Assembly: GCA_964247055.1 (NCBI GenBank)
Contig: OZ176059.1
Location: 2,790,001-2,854,000, forward strand
Reading direction: 5' to 3'
DNA: 64,000 nt
DNA from: Paragordius varius
Lineage: Eukaryota > Animalia > Nematomorpha
A model generated the notes under the pieces. That model worked only from the letters and a program-made list of their open reading frames with translations, searched no databases and was not told the origin of the DNA. The position numbers were made by a program, and so were the translations under genes. Of the stretch, positions 1-10,584 are shown piece after piece. Positions within the stretch are counted from its first letter, which is position 1, and every line of letters starts with the position of its first letter.

Positions 1-1477
1 CTTCAGGAATATTTTTGTACATTTCAGTTTTAATTTCCGTTGGACCAGATGCCTTATTGATTTTACATTTTTGCATGGCTAAGCTCACATCTTCTGCAGT
101 AATAATTGGGGGTGGCCCAATAACTGGAGGTAAGTTTGGGATCTCGACATTTGAATGCTGGAAATTCAGTGTATTTTGCATGTATTGTGTCCATACATTT
201 TGAATGCTAAGAGTGTCAGTAACTGTGTTGTTATTTTTATCTTTTATGGCTTTCACTACCCAAATATCTTTTTTATTATTATTAATATTTTTTAGTGTTT
301 TAAAAACTTTTAAGTTTTTAATTTCTCCCTCAAGTTTTTTGGCCATTTCCAAACATCTTTCATTCATTTTGTCAGCTATTATTTTCTTTACTCTTTTTTT
401 AATCATTATGTAAAAATGTTTGTCATCATCATGTTTAGAAGCTTTCCATTTCTTAAAGGCATCTCTTTTCTCATTCAATAAGGGTTTAATATCGCTTTGC
501 CACCACCATTGAGATTTTGTTTTGGTACGTTTTCTTCCGCAGATTTTGGAAACGTTTGAGAGAAGGGTGTTTTTGAGATGCTCCCAGCCGTCATGAACGT
601 TGTTAGGGGAATGTTTTAGTTCAGGTGTAATTTGGTTGATGTATTGATGCTTTGTTTTAGGATCATTAAGTTTTGCAACGTTAAGTTGTGGCAATTTTTT
701 AGGGCTAGGTCGGTTCTTATTTATTATTAAAAAAGCAACTATTAGTTTATGTTGTGTATCATATTCATAAGTTTTAAAGTTGGTTATAATTTTTCTAAGT
801 TGTTGGTTCAGCAACACAAAATCTATTTGCGATGTGTGATTTCCGCTTTTATATGTGTGGATTTGGCTAGGTTTTTTACAGAAGTGTGTGTTGCAAATCA
901 ATAAGTTTGCGGCACTGCAGAATTCCAAGAGGGTTTCGCCCTCTTTGTTGCGAGAGCCAATACCTACTCCACCGTGTATACCTTCATAACCATCAGCGTG
1001 CATTCCAATGTGTCCATTAAAATCTCCGCCGATCAGAAGTATATCATTTGTGGGAACATTTTGTGCGATCTGATAAAGCTGATTCCAAAATTCCTGTTTG
1101 GTAGTTTCATTTTGACCCTGTTGAGGGGTATAGATGGATAGTATGTTAAGGGTGGTATTATTGAGAGCCACTCGCATTTGAATAATTCTGTCGCTGTGAC
1201 GTGTAATGTCAATTATATTATCTTTTATCTGATCGTTTATGGCTATTGCTACCCCTGATTTCCCTGATTTTCCTCCTTCATAATACAGTGTAAAACCTTC
1301 ATGTTGATAATTACCTCCGTTTTTAAAACGAGTTTCTTGTAAACAACATATGTCAAGCTTTTGTTCTTTAATCGCATTTATTATCATCCAAGCTTTTCCA
1401 ACAAGAGTTCCGACATTCCATGTGCCAAATTTAAAGTTATTATTTTTAATATTAAATGATTTTTTCTCCGGTAACAT
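1..1477 (-). CDS. Endonuclease-reverse transcriptase ORF of RTE LINE (partial, 492 codons, no stop before window edge)
   Basis: Hand translation from ATG at 1477: MLPEKKSFNIKNNNFKFGTWNVGTLVGK...; absent from the ORF track, probably because its stop is outside the window. Confidence 0.9.
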   Translation of the reverse strand, partial: MLPEKKSFNIKNNNFKFGTWNVGTLVGKAWMIINAIKEQKLDICCLQETRFKNGGNYQHEGFTLYYEGGKSGKSGVAIAINDQIKDNIIDITRHSDRIIQMRVALNNTTLNILSIYTPQQGQNETTKQEFWNQLYQIAQNVPTNDILLIGGDFNGHIGMHADGYEGIHGGVGIGSRNKEGETLLEFCSAANLLICNTHFCKKPSQIHTYKSGNHTSQIDFVLLNQQLRKIITNFKTYEYDTQHKLIVAFLIINKNRPSPKKLPQLNVAKLNDPKTKHQYINQITPELKHSPNNVHDGWEHLKNTLLSNVSKICGRKRTKTKSQWWWQSDIKPLLNEKRDAFKKWKASKHDDDKHFYIMIKKRVKKIIADKMNERCLEMAKKLEGEIKNLKVFKTLKNINNNKKDIWVVKAIKDKNNNTVTDTLSIQNVWTQYMQNTLNFQHSNVEIPNLPPVIGPPPIITAEDVSLAMQKCKINKASGPTEIKTEMYKNIPE

Positions 1478-2021
1478 TTCACTTTTTCGTAGATGTATTA
1501 TTTAAAAATATAATTATTATTATTATTATGCAGTATAAAAATATATAATATAAAGTTTCAAAGACGCTTTTATAAGTAGTATTTATTTATTATTATTTCG
1601 CTGTTGAACATGGTAAAAGTAATGAGGCTTGATTTTTATAGACTATATGCCCTTATAGCCAACCTCTTAACTCGGAGGAGAGAGTACCTTATTCGCTGTA
1701 CCAGGCTAGAGAGTGTCTAAAAAGACTTCGAATCTCTCAATCCGTTTGTAGATTTAAGTCTACGGCCGAGGGAGGTGCCTTTCTGGGCTTTGGAAGCTCC
1801 CACTCCATCTTTCGTTTTAAGTACTTATATTATCGTTATTATCATCTGGCTGCTGGTTATAGCGCCCAGATAAACCCGCTTTAAAACCATGTGTGTGAAT
1901 ACAGGCATTGTGGTATTTTGTAAGAAAATGAGACAGCCAATCTCAATTCCGCCACGCCCCACACACTAGTTTTCCTCCTTGTGGATTGATGTTCGTTGAC
2001 TGTTCTTTACAAACAGTGCCG

Positions 2022-2080
2022 CTCCCGTTAGCGTTACCCGGGATGCCCCGCGAGGAGGTGGGAGTCGGTCTTTGCATCCC
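2022..2080 (-). ncRNA. HDV-like (delta-like) self-cleaving ribozyme with minimal P4
   Basis: Minus strand GGGAUGC AAAGACCGA CUCCC ACC UCCUCGC GGG GCAUCCC GG GUAAC GCUAA C GGGAG: 7-bp P1, 5-bp P2, L3 UCCUCGC, P1.1 CC/GG, J4/2 GCUAA with catalytic C. Confidence 0.85.
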
Positions 2081-2322
2081 ATTGAAAATAATAATCTATC
2101 ATGATAATATTCGTACGGGTGAATTTGAATATTCTAATAATAAAATGATCTACTAATTTTAGTTATTATTTGAGGAGTTAATATTGAACAATAATGTACA
2201 ATGGGGCTTTTGCCACTGAGAAAACGTTAATTAAAGTTTTTTTTTATAATTTTATATATGCAAATATTTATTTTAATTCAAAAGGTTTTAAATTATAAAC
2301 TTATATAATTTTTATTCTTAAG

Positions 2323-2604
2323 GTTAATGGAGATGACAACTGCTCTATGCACATAGAAAATGGGTATCGCGGTGAGGCCGATATAAATAATTGGTTAAAA
2401 CAACGCATACTTCTACAAAATCGAAATAGATTAGCTGGTTTATCACCATACATTATAGCAAATAATTGTAATGAAAATGGATTATTAATGTCAAATTCCG
2501 TCGAAACAAATCACATTGAAAAAAAGAATAATAATCTCCAAAGTAATTATACCCAGATTTTGATACCGCCTTGGATATGTCATTCTGTTCCACGTGTTTG
2601 GTAG
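2323..2604 (+). CDS. Probable terminal coding exon (93 aa) of a gene starting left of the window; product unknown
   Basis: Pyrimidine-rich AG acceptor at 2321-2322 in frame with ORF 2347-2604 (VNGDDNCSMH...IPPWICHSVPRVW*); GC higher than flanks. Confidence 0.5.
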   Translation, partial: VNGDDNCSMHIENGYRGEADINNWLKQRILLQNRNRLAGLSPYIIANNCNENGLLMSNSVETNHIEKKNNNLQSNYTQILIPPWICHSVPRVW

Positions 2605-3664
2605 TAAGTCAAAGAGAGTACTTTTGAGTATTATTTTTGCTCATTATATTCTACCTCGTGTGGTGCAAATATATGCTTACTTTTATATTATAATAAATAT
2701 GTATATATAATTTAATTTCTTGGTGTTTTAGAATTTAATATGTTAGAATTATTTTTTTAATATATGGGATCAAATTTATAACTTATGATGTGTAAATGTC
2801 TGAATTTTGGTTTTTTGATTTTTTTTAAAATTATTTATTTTTGGTAAATTGTTTAATAAAAACTTAAGGAATAAAGTTTTTATGATTATGGAGGCGTTTC
2901 TCATTTTATTATTGGTGTTCAAACATCATAAAAAAGATTTAATATTCACCTGTGTTTCTTTGTTGTGAAATTTATATAATCGCAATATATTTAAGAAGGA
3001 AACATAATTTTATTACTAAAAAATGGCCTAATTATATTCATATGCCTAATAACACTCAATTTACCTTTTCACTTTATTATATAATGGATGTATAAGGTTT
3101 TTTTAGTACGCAAGAGTACTCTTAAAAAATGTTAAAAAATAAAAATTGGATAATTTAAAAATTTACGATTATTTAAATGTGATATAATCCAAAATCGGGC
3201 TAAAACCAAAAATTATAAAATCACCCGCGAAAATATTTTCGTTAGATAACTCTGGCTTATTAATTAAAATTGAAAACAGTAGAAAACTATCCTAAAAAAT
3301 GAAACTTAACACTTTAAAATTTAGGGTAGTTTACCCCACAGCTATTTAAAATAGCATTTCAAGTATTCTTCCAAATTTAAGCTTTTAGGAGATGGCTAAG
3401 TTTAATGTTTTCTTAAAAATTAGCATAAAAAATCCTCTATTTAAATTTCGCCGACATTTTTTTTCCTCAAAATTTTAACACATACCTTTTTATATGTTTG
3501 TAGAAAATTTTTAAAATAATTTTCCAGCCAGGCTTAAACTTAATACCCAATAGTTATTTTAGTTATAATTTAATTTTCAAAACGCTGTTCTCCTGTATTA
3601 TATACTTGTAATTTTATCCCTCTAAAGTCCCCAATTTAGATAGCTCCAAAACAGCGCATATGTT

Positions 3665-4770
3665 ATTAAACTATGATTCAAATTGGGGTATCTAAATACC
3701 CCAGATATTTAAGTTGATACTTTTTAAAAATTACTGAAAAAACGGTCCCAATTTAAATTTATGCTTCTATCCTCATAGCCGAAATTTCTATATAAATTTT
3801 AATTTGAAAAAAAATTTTATATCACACTAGTTCAGGGGCATTTTTATTTTGCAACATCTTTGCAAAATATCGTGTGTATTTAACACTTCGATTCAAATTG
3901 AGGTATCTAAATACCCAGACTAAATTTGAGTTATGTTTTTTAAAAAACTACTGATGGAAACGGTCTAAAATTTAAATTTATGCTTCTATCCTAAAATATG
4001 CCAAAATATCTCAATAAAATTTTGTTTTAAAAAAAGTTCCATGTCAAACTACTTCGACGCCCTTTTTATTTTACTATATTTTGGCAAAATATCGTCTTCA
4101 TTTAATTTTAAGGATGAATTTAAAGCTAATTTTTTATTTAAATTATATCTACCATTAATAGAAATAAAAAAAGCTGTTTAATTTGTATTATTTTTCAATT
4201 TTACCATTGCACGCATGTCACGTTGACTAAATTTCCACCCTTCGGTTGTAGCTCAAAATAGGTAATATCAAGTATTTTTGAATAAAATTTTTATATATTT
4301 CGGTTTATTAATGTTATATAAGTGCAAGATTGCCATGGTTTCGATTCCTTCCATATTTTAAGTAATTTTATTTTCAGGCCTGGGGTATGTAACTACCCCT
4401 ATTTAAATCGAAGGACTAAAATGAATGTGTTGTATCCAAGTGTTAATTTTAAAGCCAAGATTAAAGCTAATTTTTTATTTAAATCACATCTAACATTGAT
4501 AGAAACATAAAAAGTGGTTTGCTTTGTATTTTTTTTAATTTAGGAAATGAAAACATGTCCTCATGACTAAATTTGCGGTTTTACCTTAAAATAAGTAATG
4601 GAACTTTTTTATATATTTTGGTTCATTAATGTTATATAAGTGTAAATTTTGGCCATGGTTTCAATTCATTCCATATTTTTTAAATTATTTTATTTTAAAC
4701 AGGCCTGGAGATTCCAACTACCCCAATTTGAATTAAAGAACTGAAATGAATGTGTTGTATCCAGGTGTCA
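3665..4770 (-). mobile_element. piggyBac-like MITE, older copy containing a nested younger copy (3884-4442) of the same family
   Basis: Inner copy has TTAA at 3880-3883 and 4443-4446 and imperfect 13-bp TIRs CACTTCGATTCAA / CACTTGGATACAA; flanks on both sides are family sequence. Confidence 0.8.
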
Positions 4771-5589
4771 AAATAAATAAATATTGAAAATTTGATGGTA
4801 AATTGTATAAAGACTTTCTAAAGTACATTAATTAAAAATATAAATATATTTGCCTGTTGTATTAGTCATTTAAAAAAATCCAAAAAAATGGCGGGTAAAG
4901 TTGGAGATGAGGATTTTTTAATTTTGTATTTTTATTTTTTGACCTAAAAGGCTAACATATATTTAAATTTAGTCAAATAATAAAAATACATTTTAAGAAA
5001 TTTTTAAATGGCTTGGATATAAAACTGCCCCAAGAGTAATGATATAGTGATTATAACAGGCAAAATCTATATTATGGTTAAAATATAAAAACTTACGAAA
5101 AAATTTAACACATATTTATTTCAATATCAGCTGTTAATTTTAATCGTGTTTTGGAGCTATTTTTAGGAACTTTTGAAATAAGAAAATTGTAAAAAATGTG
5201 CTTTTTACAGTACAGAGTTTAATAATTAAATTTTGACAGGAAAACTTTCATCTGATAGTTAAACAAGTATAAGCTCTGGAGTTTAAAACTACCCAGTATA
5301 CGATGGTAATGCTTACAAAAAATGTTTAGGGCCCGAATTATTATTTAGGGCCATACCACCGATAAAATTTTAAGTCAGTTTGGCACATTTGCATTTATAA
5401 TTCAAAATAAGTACATTAGGGCCATAAAGTTTTACAGCCGCATACGTCCTGTGGACCACAGTTTGATCACTGGTCTACACGAAAGTAAAAGGTAGTTATA
5501 TTATCTGATTAAATCATACAACTCAGTCATGGGTCAATAAGCTTATTTAACTTAAATATGGTTGAACTTAATGATTAACAAGTCGTAAA

Positions 5590-6745
5590 TCTATATATTT
5601 ATATAAATGAAAAATGGTGGCTTTGTGATCTGTTTCCGGAAAACCGGTAAACCCAATCAAAAAAATATCGAAAAAATATAATCATTAATGAATGCTCCGA
5701 CAATAGCTTCACATTTTTTTGAAATAGGCCCCCAGTTCGGGCCCACCCCATGTGAAAAAACGGTTTTTTTTTAAAAACAGAAGTCCACAAAAATCGTGTC
5801 TTTGAGCCAATTTTCTGGAGAACGTGTTGGATCATTCAATAAATATGATTTTGGTTTACTTATTTTCGTTTTCGCCGAACATAGTCGTCTCGCTTTTTTG
5901 ATTTAGGCCCTCTTTTTACCCGCTCCCCCCATGTAAAATGCCATTTTTTTCAAAAATCATAGTCCACAAAAATAATTTTTTAAATCTATTTTTCCCTCAA
6001 TTAACACTTGGATACAACACATTCATTTTAGTCCTTCGATTCAAATTGGGGTAGTTAAATACCCCAGGCCTGTTTAAAATTAAATCCTTTAAAAAATATG
6101 GAAGGAATTAAAACCATGGCAAAATTTTGCACTTATATAACATTAATAAACCGAAATATATAAAAAATTTTATTCAAAAATACTTAATTACTTATTTTAA
6201 GCTAAAACCGAAAGGTAAAAATTTAGTCAACGTGACATAAGTGCAATGTCAAAATTCAAAAATAATAAAAAATAAACCGCCTTTTTCTGTTTCTATCAAT
6301 GTTAGATGTAATTTAAATAAAAAATAAGCTCTAATTCTACCCTTAAAATTAAATAAATGCGATATTTTGCAAACGGCGAAGTAGTTTGACATGGAACTTT
6401 ATTTTCAAAACAAAATTTCATTTAGATATTTTGGCATATTAATATAATTTTTATTAGGATAGGAGCATAAATTTAAATTGGGACCATTTCCTTCAGTAGT
6501 TTTTTAAAAATTCTAAATTAAATTTGGTCTGGGGTATTTAGATACCCCAATTTGAATCGAAGTGTTAAACAATATATTAGTATGAATGCTCCGTTTTAAA
6601 ATTCCTATAAAATCATATATATTAAAAATGTTTCGAAATAATCCACATATGTGGATCATTTTATTGTCCCTTATTTCAAATAGGACTCCCCCCAGAAGTC
6701 CGAAGGACTTCCTCGGGCTGCGTAGCAGCCCGAGATTTACGCTAG
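5590..6745 (+). mobile_element. Non-autonomous Helitron (A|TC ... hairpin-CTAG|T) with nested piggyBac-like MITE
   Basis: 5' A|TCTATATATTTATATAAA at 5590; 3' perfect 10-bp hairpin CTCGGGCTGC-GTA-GCAGCCCGAG (6712-6734), 7 nt, then CTAG (6742-6745) followed by T. Confidence 0.68.
6005..6564 (+). mobile_element. piggyBac-like MITE (560 bp), complete copy
   Basis: TTAA at 6001-6004 and 6565-6568; TIR CACTTGGATACAA ... TTGAATCGAAGTG. Confidence 0.85.
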
Positions 6746-8441
6746 TAATTACATATATGGATTGTAATCCGCAATCTTTTTATTTATATATCTTGCATGC
6801 TCTTATGGGATTTTATAATTTAAAGTTTTTCTGCAAGCTAATAGTTATCTTTTGTCTAATCTAAATGACATCCTATTGGTTTGATTGATTGTCCTGCATA
6901 AAAATCACCAATATAGCCATATTCTGAATATATTTATAATTGATAACCATTTTCATAAGGATAACGCAGAATAAAACTAAAAATGTTATGATTAGCTTCA
7001 GCCAGTTTCTAAATTTTTTGAATGCCATTTACAAGTTGCGATAAGACACATTTATCAATTAAATAATCCGATATGATTTTCGCTACAGAAAAATGTATTA
7101 TTATATTTTAAAATAATTTAAGTTAAATTTTGCACCCTAACATAATTAGGCAAATCAAATTTCTTTTAGAATTTAATAATAATTTAAATGAGAATTAAAT
7201 ATAAATCTAAGATTTATTTTTAATATTAAAAAATTTTGTTATGCAAAGTGATTTGACGATCTCTTACATTTAGACTTTTTTGTGATTGTTTGCATTTTGG
7301 GGTAGTTTTATATGCCAATTTTGTAAATAAACTACAGTTTTGAAGGATATTTTAGTTAAAATTTTATAACATTTTCATGCATAAAAAACTTGTTTATCAC
7401 AGTTTGGTGAATAGAGCCTATAATTGGGACAGCTCCAAAACACGATATAAACAAACAACTGATATTAAAATCAAAATATATCAAATTTTTGTGGATGTAG
7501 CCTGAAGCATTTTAAAGTTTAATATTTATTTCCAACCATAATATACATTTTTATTTGCCTGTTACATTAGCGATTTAAAAAAATTATAATAAAATAACGG
7601 CAAAAAGGTTTGAGGTGATGATTTACAATTTTACACCTTTAAAAAAAAATTCTTTTCGTATAATGTCCCTAAAAGACTAAAGAACGCATATATTAAATTG
7701 GGATTAATTTCTTTAATACTTTTTGGGATATTTAAATGGCTCTGGAATATAAAACTATACCAAAAGCTAATGGAGTGACAAAATAATTGTAAATTTTTTT
7801 GCATGAGGATACAGTATTAAACAGTTCGATATTATTTAACTCTGAATTGATATTATTTTAGCAAAGGTTAATCCAAATTTATTTTATAAAAAATAGTATA
7901 ATCATTCAAATCGATATGTTCACTTATATATTTTAAAGTATTTTATATCCAGGTGTGAACTCATTTATTTGGCATCCAATATTTTGAAACCACATTTTTT
8001 GGTTACTGCGGGGTTTCCCCATCAAGAGCAACTCCTTTTCCAGTCGATGGATTGCTAAGCAAGTTTTGGTTAAATTTTTTGAAATCTACCCAGGTTTCGT
8101 ATTCCAAATAATCACATCTATTTAATTGCAGTTTTATTAAGAAATCCAATTATTTTCAATAAAATTCTCCTGGCCCCCGAAATCATACGGATTTATATAA
8201 ATTTTCTATATGAATTTTTTAACACTAATAATTCCATATTTAAGCAACACATTTAAATTCATGATATATTTTTTTGCTCATCCATTTATTTAATTATATA
8301 TTTATGTCGATGTAGGAGTTGGAAGGCGGAGACTGCTAACCAAATTTAATGGGCTTTTTTGCCGTAAATAGGGGTCTATATCATGTAGAATTAAAAATTT
8401 TTACTTTGTTGAATATTCAACATATACTTTTGTTAAAAATA

Positions 8442-8661
8442 CAGTAAAAATTGAAATTATACGGACAAAACGTAATTATACAGACAAATATTTTTTACAA
8501 AAGACAACCCTACTTTTTAGGAGACGCCATCAATTTTATTTACAGTGGTGGTAATATTTTGTATAAATAATATTAAGGTTTAAAAAAGTATGGTTGTCTT
8601 TTGTAAAAAAATATTTGTCTTTTGATTTTACGTTTTGTCCGTATAATTTCCATTTTTACTG
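8442..8661. mobile_element. Tc1/mariner-like MITE with about 90-bp TIRs (CAGTAAAAA...); related copies near 52518-52814, 54470-54710, 60015-60260
   Basis: TA-CAGTAAAAA...ACGGACAAAACGT... mirrored by ...ACGTTTTGTCCGTAT...TTTTTACTG-TA. Confidence 0.75.
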
Positions 8662-10584
8662 TATTATATGATAAAAGTGGTAATATTTTAATTATTACGC
8701 AATGTTCTGTATTACTTAACTTCAAGTCGAAAATTGGGATAGCTCAGTTCAAAATCCACAAATAAATATTTTCTGCTAAAATGTAATTTGACCATTTCCA
8801 AAGTAAAAATTAAAGTTTTAACCATAATATACATTCATTTGCCAATTGTATAAGCAATTTAATTACAAAAAAAATGGCGGCAAATAAGTTTTTATCTAAG
8901 TATTTATTTACAATTTTACATTTAAATTTATTTTTAATTCTTCACTTAAAGGCTATAAAATTTAAATTTTTAAATTGAGTAAATTCTTTATAAGATATAT
9001 CCTATAGGATAAATGATTATTACAGAATTATTCAATTATTTTTTAAACATTTTGACGTGAGAAATCATTGGTGTGCATGTATTAAATTAAATAATCAGTT
9101 AAAAAATATTATTTAGGGTAGATGGGAATTATTAATAAAACGATTAACTTAAAAAAACGAAAAATATTAAACAACCGATAGTTAGGGCAGTTTGAATGAG
9201 CCGTTGAGTATATAATGCGAAATTGCCCATTTAAAATGTGCCATGTTAAAAAGCTGGTTAACATATATTTTATAAAACGATATTTTCCTTCTACTTTTTA
9301 GATTATAATGTTTAATCAAATCCTCAAACCTCATTTGTTTTCTTATGATCCATTCAACTGGGGTTTTACGCCGTCAAAATGCGCTGCCCAATGTTTATTT
9401 ATATGGAGATCCATTTGATAAAAGGAATAGGAATGGTATGAAATTGAAAATATGGTTTATTTTTTAATTTTTGAGACAAATGCAGGATCTTACAATTAAC
9501 TGAAAATTAAAAATTAAATAGACCACTTTTTGCCTAAGTAAATACCATGTGATATTGGATTGTGAAAATAATGTTCGATCGAAACTTGCGTTTTAATAAA
9601 ATAATTTCATGTGTTTTCTTAAAAATTGGTATTATACATTTTTTTGAATATTTATTATTTACAAATATTTTCTTTCAAATTTAATCAACAATTTTGTTGT
9701 TAATTTGCCACATGTTTGTGGCTTTCTGAATCTTCAAATACATAGCTTTTTATACTGGATTTTTCAAATAAATATTTACCTAGTTTGTTTTACACTTTGT
9801 TTCATCATTGAAATATCCAATTATAAAGTGTTTATTCATATATTGGTTCACATATATGGAATATTGAATATTTTGCAAGGCTTGTGTTTTGTCTTTCGAA
9901 ATAACTGGATATGCTTAAATGCTAATGTTATAAAGATGCATGTTTAATTTTATATTGTTAAATAAGCATATTTAAATATTTAATTTATAATTTTTAAAAA
10001 ATATAAAACACAATAAAATCCTACTATATCCAAATAAAATTTACCAGCAATTTTTCAAAAAACAGCTATTTTTTTAAATGACCGTGGTCAAAAAAATAAA
10101 TAGTCACTGACCTGGTATGACCCGGTCAATTAACATAAAAAAGTGTATAAGAATTCAGTTCCTCCAAAAAAACTGTTATATGGGAGCCAGTTTCCTACTT
10201 ATTTTTAATTTTATAGGTAGCTAGGGTATTCGAAAGCATTCCATTAATATTGATTGCATGAAAATTCTGCTTTAACCATGTAAAAGCAGTAATTAATTAA
10301 ATAAAACAAAATACATATTGGAAATAATAGGATTCCTTCTTTTTTCCCCAACCTTATTGCAATGAATCCAGATATTTATAACAGACACGACACATTCATA
10401 TAAAAAATTGTAAATTTATTGGATATATCCAATAAAAACTAATTTTAATTAAAAACTTAAAAAAATAAAAATTTGTATTTGTTTTAATAAAAAAACTACA
10501 TATTTACAAACTACAGTCAATATTATATATATTATAATAATATCTAAAAAAATTCACATTTGATCCATATTGATCACGATAAAT

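Larger units (their letters stand above)
1..2080 (-). mobile_element. RTE-clade non-LTR retrotransposon, 5' portion (runs off the left edge), with about 600-nt 5' UTR
   Basis: Open minus-strand frame 1477->2 encoding an APE endonuclease (FGTWNVGTL, CCLQETR, IGGDFNGHIG, SQIDFV) and reaching KASGPTEI at the start of the RT region; GC-richer 5' UTR begins with an HDV-like ribozyme at 2080. Confidence 0.92.
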
